A model generated the notes under the pieces. It did not search any database. It was not told the DNA's origin and worked only from the letters and a program-made list of their open reading frames with translations. This document shows positions 53,329 through 64,000 of a stretch of 64,000 bases of DNA, piece after piece. This stretch comes from Kondoa subrosea (taxonomy: Eukaryota): the NCBI GenBank assembly GCA_039545335.1, contig BCIN01000006.1, positions 372,001-436,000 on the forward strand. The letters run 5' to 3'. Position 1 is the first letter of the stretch. Every line of letters starts with the position of its first letter. The position numbers and the translations under genes were made by a program.

Positions 53329-55053
53329 ATGCCTGCTGTCAACAATGTACCTTTGGATGTCTGGAACATAGTGTTGGATTACCTCCAACCAGACCAACCG
53401 AATTTAGCCAATTTGTGTTCGATAAATAGTAAGTTTGCTACATCTTGACACAGCATTAGTACTGAAAGACTAATCTGTAGAAATCTTCTGCTCGGTCGCG
53501 CAACCTCGTCTCTTCTCTACTATCAGCGAATCTCAAGTCACGCAAAGCCATCTAGTCCACACGCTTTCCACGAATCCGCGTCTTGCCGAACTCGTGAGAG
53601 CCGCTGGTTGCTTGGTAGGAGTAGAGCAAGAGGCTGTACTTTCATCAAATACGCCGATGGTTGCGACATTTGCAGTCCATGGCGAACCTTCACCTACTAT
53701 TCTCCAAATGTGTCCGAATATCACTGCTCTAACCGTCTATCAACGTCGGAGCAAGCACAACGACCATGCTGCCAGTGTACTGAAGCTGGAAACATTACCT
53801 TTCCTGAAGCAGCTAACCCGCTTAACATACAGCTTTGCCGGCTATGACGGTCAAGAGCCAAATCCTCCGCTAGCTTTACTGGAATGGCTGCTTCAGAATA
53901 CAGATCTCAAAGAGCTCTACTTGGTATCTTTTGAGCACCTAGAGGAGAACATCTTGAAGCCCGTTATCAGGTATCAGCGTCCCGATCCATCTTTGCTTCC
54001 TCAAATCCTTTCGGATTACAAAGAAGCCATAATTCTTCCATGGCGCAATCCACTCAAGCTGTCCAGATCGGCCTTCAATCGAATTACTTCTTTGAACCTC
54101 AGTCTCCCAGCAGTGATAGACTATCAAGTATTAAGAGACCCCATTTACTTTGCCGGCGTATATCCTTCTTGTCAAGATCTGACTGTACGTATCCGAAGGT
54201 TCGCTCGTAGCAATGGCCAAACACCAACGCTACAGATAATGAAATCCTACATGGACGATTTATTTCCAGCAAACACACCTTGTCCCAACCTCAAGAGCAT
54301 TACTTTCCATTTTGATGATCTCTACAGCAGCATTCTCTATCGTCCTTTTCCTCGTGGTAGCTCTTTCTTCGCTCGATTTTGCGATACATCACAATTCCCT
54401 AAACTAGGAAGCCTGGACGTTTCTTTTGGTCTAAGCTCTATTCCCGATACTTGTCGAACTCTCCTCGTTCGGCCCAATACAAATTATCAAGCACCACGTC
54501 AAGCAATTGAAGCAGAATTTCGCACGGAGTTGGAACGCTTGAAGGATAAAGCCAGGACGGGACTGTCTATAGAATTCACATATCGGATCGAGCAAGTTTT
54601 CCAAATCAAAGTATGGATTACTGAGTGTCAAGAAGTGGAGAGTAGGGTAATATGGGCCCCAGAATACATCGCGGAAAAAGTTGTCAGTCCACTAAATACT
54701 CTTTCCGAACGCTGCTCACCAATCGCTGATGACAGCTTTCTTCCTATCCATCACGTCAGATCAAAGCCGGGTGTATGTCCTGCGCAACATGTCGTGACGG
54801 ATCTGGCTTGTGTCCAACAGGAAGTTGGGTAGCTTCATCTGGGTGTAGGTGACACCTTTCATGTTCAATGGCAATCTGATTCTCGTCTGTGCATATAGGA
54901 TATCAATAATGATGAAGATCTTGGATGCTGTCGTACTCATGGCTTAGAGTTGCCTGCATCGCAAATATATGACCACAAGCGAAGTATCGATCTGTTGTAC
55001 GGCGGAAGAAGTTGTAGATTCGCGTTTGAAGCATTCATAAGTTGGCAGTATTG
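53329..55053 (+). CDS. F-box protein with degenerate LRR/RNI-like region and Cys-rich tail (3' end uncertain)
   Basis: Spliced N-terminus MPAVNNVPLDVWNIVLDYL...NLANLCSINKIFCSVAQPRLF (F-box); CPNITAL, CPNLKSI and FPKLGSL repeats. Confidence 0.7.
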
Positions 55054-55385
55054 AGCTCGCACCATTTCCAGGATCTCTAAGCCCGAATCTATGAATCCAA
55101 AACTCGTGGGTGACAATGTTGAAAACCCAAAGGTGTCTTTAGACTACCAGCTCTGGATTACGTATCGGGCATATCACGAAGCTTGAGGACGATACACCAA
55201 GCCCTATCCATCGCTGTTCAGATAGCTTGTCTCCAGCTTCTTAAGACGTCAAGCCAGGCAGAAGCACTTTTTGGGCAACCAGCTCGCTCTCGGAGTCTAC
55301 CAGCTTGTGACAGCTCCCTTTCGAGAGGTCTTTTCTACAGCACTCGATTTCTATTGGCTGTGCACTTCATAGCACTGTCTCAATT

Positions 55386-57261
55386 ATGCAAGAGCTTATA
55401 CTAACCGCAACTACTGCAACGCTTTCCTTGCATGACCTGATCACTGGCTCACAATCCATCAACTTCAAAAACGCAAACCTATCCGCGGACAGCGGTGCAA
55501 ATCAGCAGCCGCAGGCTTCCTCTTCTTCTTCTGCACTTCAACAGCCTTTACATACACCGGGTGGAAGTCTGCCTCCTCGAAAGAATACAGGCTATGTCGA
55601 GACTTCAGATGGTCAAGGAGGATTCGTAGCAGGATGCGGCGGACCTGGTAAAGGAGCAGTGAATGTCTGGAGTTTCGCGAAGGTTTGCCTTGTCATATGT
55701 TTGGTTGCGAGGAAAGTCTCAAGAAAGATAGGAAGCACCGATACAACGAAGTCTCATGGCTGTCAGATTGAACACTATGGCTTTGTCACCTTCTGGCATT
55801 TTTCTCGCTGGAGGATCTCATGACGGCAGAATACTGGTCTGGCAGGTCAGTAAATACCCTCTATTGCCAGCCATACTCTAAGATGAGCAACAGATCAGCA
55901 CTGGAGCTCTTCTTACTTCATTTGATGCACATTATCGGAGTATAACCGCTTTGGCTTGGACGAGCGACGACGCTGCGCTCCTGTCAGGCAGTGAAGACTC
56001 ATTGGTACATGTATGGTCGCTACCTGGGTGCGTGGTTGAGCGATGTTTGCATATATTACTTACATCGTGCTTGTGATACGCATAGTATTCTGTCCAGCAA
56101 ACGAGACTCAAATCTTGCACCTGCGCCCTTCTCCACTCTTTCACATCATACTTTACCGATAAGCGATATAGCAGTCGGTATGGGTCTATTTCCGAGAGTT
56201 CGTTTGTTCACAGCCTCCTCCGACGGTTCTTGCAAGGTGAATTGTTCGAATCTTGCAAAAGATCTAATTTGACACAATGTAATAGTTATGGGATCTGACC
56301 ACCGCTTCTCATCCACTCCTCTCAACATTCGTCTTTCCCGCTCCAGCGCAAGTAACGCATGTCGTGCTCGACGCAAGTGAACGATATTTCTTTGCTGTCT
56401 ACTCGAATCCGACAGATACTCTGGTAGAGAAAGGAGCAGCATTAGCCAGTGGAAGTAAAGTGTTACCTCAAGAGCAAAGGAAATCAATAATTCAAAGGGT
56501 AGACTTGATCGATGTTGCGGGAAATGGTCAAGGTGATATTAACAGCATCTCATCAGAAGGCTCGCTTTACACATCCTCGTACATCTTGCACTCTTTTTTG
56601 CTGTTTTGAAAAGAGCTAATCTTAATCAATAACAGAGAATTCATCACTGCAATACATCTGTCGAAACTCTCACCACATCTGCTTATAGGCACTCAATCAG
56701 GATCAATACAAGTCCTTTCCTTACCTTCTCTACAATCACTTCGCACAATCACACCAGGATCAAGTCAATCCCTCCCATCACCAAATCCAGTAACGTTTCT
56801 CTCTACTATGCTCAGACCGATCGATTTGGCAGTGAAGAGTATACAGAAGAGTGAAGGATTGGTAGTAAGGAATGTTGCGCCGCTAGCGAGGGAAGTGATG
56901 AGTTTAGATAAAAGGATGGAAGAAATCGTTTGGGTTCGAGTGACGAGAAATGAGGATGTGAGTTTATCTCCCTCTGTATATCTAAAGAGGCTCCGACTAA
57001 TTTATGATTTGTGTGAATTAGGTACAGGATATGATCGCGCCTCATCTGAAAGCATTGGTCAAACCTCAACAGAGCATTAGTGCTACTGCAGCATTGCCAA
57101 CACAAGGTCCAAGTGGAGCACATGCAATGGATGTGGATCACACTGCTCTGCAAAGCGAGAATGCTAAACTCAAGGATCAACTGGCGAAAGCTTTACATAT
57201 GAATGAAAGGATGTGGACGGAGTTGGTAGATAGGAATTTACCGAGTAGCAATGGAACATGA
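55386..57261 (+). CDS. IPI3: Pre-rRNA processing WD40 protein Ipi3/WDR18
   Basis: MQELIL, LAGGSHDGRILVW, FDAHYRSITAL.W..D...L.SGSED, HHTLPISDI, RLFTASSDGSCKLWD; C-terminal coil ALHMNERMW. Confidence 0.87.
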
Positions 57262-57428
57262 ATGGTATATTCAGATCAGAGCATCGTCGCTGTTTGAGAG
57301 CTACTTCCGATACTTGCAACTCAAATGACATAATTTCCGCTCCCAGCTTGTTACGAAACCATAGTTGACCTGTCACGCACAGTAGTCGCCAAGCCCATAC
57401 TCCTGTCTAATCTCCAATAAAATACACA

Positions 57429-58592
57429 ATGAGGATCGCAGTAGCTGGCGCAAGAGGTTCCGTTGGGCAAGAAGTCGTCAAGCTCTGTATTGCAAAAGGA
57501 CACTTTGTCTACCAGATCAACAGGACTAAAGAAGAAGGAGAGAACACTAAAGATGTGAGCTCACACTTGTGCAGCGATAATACATTCACTTAACCGATTC
57601 GCGGACAGACGGAATACAGGATTGGTATGTCTCGATCATGAAATAATCTCGGACTTCCACTGATTACTAGCACATAGCCAACTTGGCGGAATCGTACGAT
57701 GATACTGTAGAGGCATTCAAAGGAGCAGATGCTCTCATTCACTTGTCTTCCGTTGTGAGTCCGAAGTTCTTCTTATACTAGTACCGTGCCCACTGAAAGA
57801 TTGATCGCAGCCAAATCCTGAAGGCAAAGACGATGCATATGTTCACAACAATAACGTTTCTTCTTCATACAATGGTTTCCGAGCTGCTGCCGAAGTCGGT
57901 ATTAAGAACATTGCTTTCGCTTCTTCTGTTAACGCCCTAGGTCAGTCCTGGCATGGTGTCTGCTGTATTATAGCTAAACAATTGCGGGTTGACAGGTCTG
58001 CTCTATGGCAAGAAGGATCCAGCCCTATACTATTTCCCTATCGATGAAAAACACCCGCAACATCCCTCTGACTCATACGCGTGTTCGTCTTCCTATCTCT
58101 GCATGCACTTCCTGTCCAATCTGCCTTCGCTTTCACAGTAGGGAAACAAGAAGCTGAAATTCAAGCTGATTCTTTCTGCTACACTTACGATGGTATGAAG
58201 ATTGGTTCTATGAGAATCCATCAAGTCGATAGCAAAGAAACTTGTAAGAAAGATCATGAGGATTTGACTATCGGGAAAAGACAATTGTGGGCTTGGGTCA
58301 ATCCTGTTGCTACTGCCAGAGCTTGCTTGGCTGTCTTGGAATCTGATTTCAAGGTTCGCTTAAATCTGGCTCAATTGTCAACTGCTGACTTTGGTGCCGA
58401 TATGGTGAACAGGGCCACGAAATTTTCAACATCGTCGCTCCTGATACTACTCAAGATATTGATACGAAAGAGCTGGCGAAGAAGTATTTCCCAGATGTTG
58501 AGATCAAGGGCGATATTAGCGGAAAGAAGAGTTTCTTTACCTCTGAGAAAGCCGAGAGGATGTTGGGTTGGCATCATCAAGAGCAGGAGTAG
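57429..58592 (+). CDS. NAD-dependent epimerase/dehydratase family protein (extended SDR)
   Basis: MRIAVAGARGSVG; DALIHL; ASSVNA; YFPIDE.HP; spliced YAVGK (YxxxK); LWAWV; KAERMLGW. Confidence 0.85.
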
Positions 58593-58673
58593 ATCTGGTA
58601 GTCTTCTAGCCGATCCACGAGAAATGTCAATATAATGAAAGCTGTGTCATCTTCTCACGAAACTATTACGATT

Positions 58674-59784
58674 ATGTCATCAAGTTTATCATTCTGTTTG
58701 CAAGGGCTGTTGGAAATCCTGCATGAGAAGAAGTATGCCTTCCATACGCCGACACCGGAGACTCATCAGATCGTCATGGATGTGCAAGGTGGTTCATTAG
58801 AAAGCAAGAGCTTGACCGATATCTTTGGCTGGAGCTTACCCTTTACTGAGTTCGCTAGAGTGAGCATGACAGATTTATCTATGTCTTATTTGTCGTACTA
58901 GACAAACGCTTTCTTCCCTTCTACCGCCTGATTTGGTACAAGAATTCTTACGAACATGTGCATCAAAGCAAGACAATGGGCTGTATAAGAGTCACTATCG
59001 AGTCTCTAGTATGAGTACATCACCTCATGCTCAACTCTATCTGCATTCCTCTTTCCCTCCAGTTCAAGATTCAGTGTACGTCCTTGATCACGTAAGCATT
59101 CGAAAGTAATGCTGAGAGGTAGATTGTATAGCTTCTTTGGTCCAGATACATATCGCTACCTCTCCTACCTAGAAACTCATCTCCCTTCACTCTCAATACC
59201 GAACGAATCAATCCTAGTGGATGTTTGTACCGGCGGCGGAGCAGGTGCAGCAGCTCTTCATTCCTCTTACCCCATTTATTCTGTCATTGGATTGGATATC
59301 AACCCAAAAGCACTCGAACTAGCTCGTATAAACGTTCCTTCAAATAAAGTTTCATTCCAAGAATCTTCTTTATTAGCTAAAGTCAAAGATCAAAACATAG
59401 GACTGATTATTTCTAATCCTCCATTCATTTCGGGTGAAGAGAAACCAACGTACGCTTCGGGAGGGAAAGAAGGACTAGGATTATCTTTTATGATTTTGGA
59501 GGAAGCGGAACAAGTGTTGAAAGATGGTGGGAAAGTGGTGCTTTATACTGGAGTGACTATGGACTTTAGGGCACCGATGAGAGATCTGTTGAAGGAGAAG
59601 ATAGAGAAGATGAGTGTTTGGAAGACGATCCGCTATGTGGGTTCAGTCTGAGATTGGAAGAGCTAAGCTGAAGATCGTTTAGGATATTATCGATGTGGAT
59701 GTTTTTGCCAATGAGATTGGGAAAGCAGGGTATGAGACTGCTTGTAGAACACAAGTTGTCGGCTGCATCCTGGAAAAGCAATGA
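58674..59784 (+). CDS. Class I SAM-dependent methyltransferase (HemK-like NPPF motif, bacterial-type family)
   Basis: YAFHTPTPETH, DIFGWSLPF, LHSSFP...VFFGPDTYRY, VDVCTGGGAG, DINPKAL, ISNPPF, LYTG, DVDVF. Confidence 0.85.
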
Positions 59785-59885
59785 GAAACAACGCTATATA
59801 ACATTTAGATATCTTGTGTATGCATGCTTGGTTATTCCCTTTCAAAAGTTGAACAGATCACTTTCCCTTCTCTGTCCGGTCTCAA

Positions 59886-60498
59886 TTACTGATCTTTCCT
59901 AGGTTCTTCCTCCAAGTGTACTTCCAACCTCGTCTGTGTTTCGTTTTCCGTTCCAAAATCCAACATCGGTCCATCAATTCCTATGCTCCTAGCTCTAGCT
60001 CTTTCCAAAGATCTCCTCCGTTTGATTTGAGGTGGTTGTGACATAGCTCTTCTCTTTGCAGCGGAACTGAATTCCAATTGATGAGGATGTAATGCTTCGG
60101 GCAATTCTTTCCTAGAGATAGTTGGAGAAGATTCTGGAGAGGTTTTAGGAGTTGGTGCTACCGATCGAGGGAAAGGCCATTGTTTATAAAGAATTGCTAG
60201 GTGTTACATCATAAGTTTGGTTAGATGACCGCTACTAGACGAGCTTACTCCTTGCGCTGCCAAACGGTTGATGTACCATTCGAAAGTAGATATAGCATAC
60301 TGTCGCATGTGTCAGCGCATGAATGTTGAAAGGGATTACGAGAATAGACTCACGAAGATCAAGAGCTGTAAGCAAGATGACTGGAGCTATGATAGCGAAA
60401 GAAATGAAGCGGAATAGAGAAGGCAAGAGACTGATTGGCCATGGCAGCGGCTCGGGTATTGGGTTCCAGATCAGCCAGAGAACTTCTTGCCAATTCAT
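59886..60498 (-). CDS. Hypothetical small membrane protein
   Basis: MNWQEVLWLIW...FRFISFAIIAPVILLTALDL; introns link it to a basic, disordered C-terminal exon ending at 59886. Confidence 0.55.
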
Positions 60499-60871
60499 TC
60501 GAACGCTTATGCTTCACACCAGTCCGCTTTCCAGTGCAGCAAGCAGTGAGGCTTAGGATAGGCCCAGAAAGCTTTGCCAGCTTGGCGTTGGTCGACGTAA
60601 TCCAAGCAACTTGTAGCTGAGCAGCTCGACGAGCAACTATGACTTAAATTCGCTTCCAATACAGGCTTTTGTATACAGCTATCCTACTCTGCTGTACATC
60701 CCTGTACAGTATTCTGGACTATCGAGATCTCGCTTCGACGTGACTTGGTCTATTGATCATGTCTAATGACGCGCAGAGGTGCCGCCAAATATGTTGTCAG
60801 AAATGACGCTAGAGAGTGCCATTGACTCCAGCTATACAAGTTGATTTCTACCCATACAATCTTGTGTTCAT

Positions 60872-62219
60872 TTATTCTTCGAAAGCCTTCAAGATCTTGT
60901 CTTTGAGTATGATCATTGCGCTACCGGTCAATTGCGCAGGCACTTGCTCTCCCTCTTCTTCCATTTTACCCATATCGAAGGTTTCAACAGAGAACACCCT
61001 AATCAATCTCATTAGCATAGTTTCAGCTTGACAAACTATCTCGACATGCCCTCTGAATCCCGTTTGAAAAATAGCTTCGATAACAGGCATGACAGGTAGA
61101 TAAGATTTCCTAGCTGGATTGAAGGGCATCGGGCGGAAACTGTCAGACCATAATCCTCTTGGTGGTTTCTCTGTCGACCAAGCTGGATGACCTGGACCTA
61201 ATGGTGGATCCATTCGTGATGCAGAAGAGATCTGACTCATGTAAGCTGGCTTTAATCCTTGCAAGGGCACACCGCAACTCACTTGTAAGTAGAATATCTT
61301 GTCAGCTGGAACTTCTTCAACCAGTTGTTTCAAAGATGCTCTGAGATTCGCTGCTTGATCTCCGACTGATTCATTCAGGCCAGACTTCGTTGTCGGATCA
61401 GCATAATCAATACCAGTTATCTGGAACGTGTCGAGGCAAAGACCAAGATTCGGTCGATCGGCAGCTTTGACAACTTGCCAACTATGTTGCCATGTATTGA
61501 GATGCTTGCCCCAGCACCATTGTTCGTAAGCGATCTTGATTGGTGGATTTCGAGTAGCTGCTCGATCTGCTAGTGTTTGAAGATCTTTTATATGTACTTG
61601 GATATCATCCGATGAATCTGGTTCGTCTGTTGTGCCGCATTGAAGCATAGGGTTGCCAAGAGCTTGTATAATTCTGCAAGCGGATGAGTTCGATACTTGG
61701 TTGAGAGGTCTGGCTTACCTGAACCAGCCTTCAGCTCTCTCGAGCGCTTCTTCCCTATCCGCTTGCTTTGTATAACCGCCTATATCGATATCAGCGATCT
61801 TCATTTGGTTTTTAGCAGCTTCGACCGAAACATACCATATGCTCCAAAGGGCATTATCGTACATACATAAAGACCCAATTCCTCACATTTCTGATGCACA
61901 GTCTTTGCAACTTGCTCCAAACTATCGAAATCTTTCTCTCCTCCAAAAGATTCACCCAAAGTAGATTCCGCGTAAGAAACCAGATCTGGGAAACCCATTT
62001 CAACTTGAGTGAAACCCGCTGCTGCTATGGCTTGGAGTTTGAGAATTAGTGTATGTCCATCGTGAGCTCCAGCTACATAGTCCTAAGTGAGTTAGATGAA
62101 GGATCAATGGGAAGAGCGAGAAACAAACCCGAAGGCGTGCAGTAGCCTAAACGGATCTTGTCTAGCTCTGCTTTGGGTAGCTTGTAAGTCGCCTTGAAGT
62201 CTTCGTCCGATATTGACAT
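60872..62219 (-). CDS. Xylose-isomerase-like TIM barrel, 3-dehydroshikimate dehydratase (QutC/qa-4)-like
   Basis: HTLILKLQAIAAAGF..VE; IAYEQWCWG; DRPNLGLCLDTFQ; IFYLQIS; WS..FRP.P; GFRG.FSVETF. Confidence 0.8.
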
Positions 62220-62415
62220 GCCGGGTAGTGAAAGAGAGAATGAAGGCATAATGACGATCACAAGAGGCTTGCTTACGTAATAAAGAGTAATCGGACTCAA
62301 GTAAGCTCATAACCAGCCGATAGCACGTCTCAGTTGAATCGTGGAGATATTACAAGCAAAAGAAGGTAAAAGCACTGCCTGAATCTCGTTCGAAGCTGTA
62401 CAAGCCAAAGGTAAT

Positions 62416-64000
62416 CTAATAACCCGCTGGACCCCTGCTGCCCTGTCTCCTCATAGCAGGTGCTCTTCGGCTATGCATCCTCTTACTGAATATTTTAACT
62501 TTGATAGATCGACGTTTCTTGTGTGAGCACTTCTTTTTGCTTGCAGTTGAGGCAGAAGAGGTTGAACCATTGCTGCTGAGTTTCCTGGAGGAAGTAGACA
62601 CTGTCAGAGATGTTCCAGCAGGTGAGTAATCCGAGTAGGTATCTGGTGCTCCTTTTTGAGATTCAGACATGCCCAACGAGAACTGCACAAGACAAGTCAA
62701 CTAGAACTCTTCCATCCACGATATGAGGCTTACCAATTTGGGTGCATCGCCACTTAGACATTGCTCAAGAGCTGAAGGGATACCAACTGCGTAACTACCT
62801 TGACAAGCGTTGGCATCTTTGCAAACACCTTCGAAAGTAGGTTTGTCAACTATTCTTGCACTCCATCAGTAATTATCAATGCTAGCCAGCAGATTGATCT
62901 CACCAGAGACGTAGGAGCAAGCATTAGCGCTCTTCTCGGAAAGATCTCCGCCCTGTAAGCAACTCGGCAAGATGAAGTTATTATAAACTTCCTAAGCGGT
63001 CTTACTTACCTTGAATAGAGGGCAAGTAGGTTTCGCGCCTGTCGGACCACCGCTAATGACCAAATCTACGCATGCTTTGAAGGGACTGTTGGCTTCTCCC
63101 GAATTACCTGCCCGTCGCCAAATAAGAAAAGAAGTAGATCGCTCAAGATACAATTTTCACGAACCGGAGCCGAAATATATCCATTGAACACTGTAGAGTA
63201 CGATGAATAAATTAATCTAGTTTCCGTGAAATAGCAAAGGGTGACTAACGTGTATTTGCCATCTTCTAACCAGCCAGGGATTTTGAAAGCGCCAGAGCAA
63301 GCGTTGGACCAACCTTTGGAACCATTGGAATCTGGATGGGAGTATCACATGAACATTTACCATTGCAAAAAGCGAACAGAAATCACCTCCTCCGTCCCAA
63401 TCTCCGCGAAAGATTTAGACCAAGCGCTCTCCGTTGGAAGAATACCGAATACTTACTGTTTGGTTGAGATCCACCGTAAGTCGCATCGCATCCATTCTAT
63501 GGAAAGGATCAGAATCGTAGCATTGGTGGTCCAACCTAATTCACCTGGTTGCAATGATACGAAAAGACCGCAGCGTCGAAAGCGCTTTGATCGCCAGATT
63601 CACTCTGAGGCACAATAGAATATCTAATGAATCCACCGACTGTCAATCTCAATGTCAGTGTTCTATGTCGAAAAGAGGCATGAGGTATGAGAATAGACTG
63701 ACCGTGATTGTTTCTCCACCAGGAAGTTTCAACCTCATCACCACGTTTGTAAGTAGTTTGCTTCTTCATGACATCAGAAGAACAGCAAGTAGGGTTTCCA
63801 GAACTGTTTTCCTCCCTCTTAATATACGGTGTGGATTTCGAGAAACCCAAGACGTACCCGAAGTGCTGTTTCCAATGATGGACTCGAGACGTAGTATTGA
63901 CATAGGGCAAGAACGCACACACAAGAGCTCGTTATGACCTTGGCCATCCTCTGTGGTGATGGGAAAACCAAACTTTTCAGTCAAACGAGAAGCTGTAAGA
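62416..64000 (-). CDS. Cys-rich LPMO-like (chitin-binding type-4-like) protein; 5' end lies outside the window
   Basis: Spliced exons: TYKRGDEVETSWWRNNHVGGFIRYSIVP...YHC...C..AFKIPGWLEDGKYTVQWIYFG...PFKACVDLVISGG, a Cys-rich module, a Ser-rich linker and a basic tail. Confidence 0.65.

Overview
Eukaryotic, gene-dense, intron-rich fungal DNA. Short (~45-65 nt) introns, varied donors (GTGAGT/GTCAGT/GTACGT/GTATGT) and the gene set point to a basidiomycete, possibly a Pucciniomycotina yeast; the taxonomy is inference. I reconstructed about 31 protein-coding genes by hand-splicing, since the ORF track only shows fragments. Core genes: PIS1, ORC3, UPF3, MDM10, a Rad9/Crb2-like protein, SCJ1, MSM1, VMA1 (no intein), TPA1/OGFOD1, a Trk transporter, a GRIP golgin, a formin, GCV3, ADK2, RIB1 and IPI3. 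Accessory genes: CHR chromate transporter, secreted carboxylesterase, SDR, epimerase, bacterial-type methyltransferase, dehydroshikimate-dehydratase-like TIM barrel, F-box protein and several orphans. I found no tRNA, rRNA, CRISPR array or recognisable transposon. Most notable: (1) a Cys-rich LPMO-like protein cut by the right edge; (2) a GPI-type cupredoxin-fold gene, invisible in the ORF track, that lacks all copper ligands; (3) a bacterial-type methyltransferase with introns; (4) microexons that carry catalytic Gly motifs; (5) a recurrent TTACGTAA promoter motif. Gene spans include introns; boundaries are manual and some are approximate.
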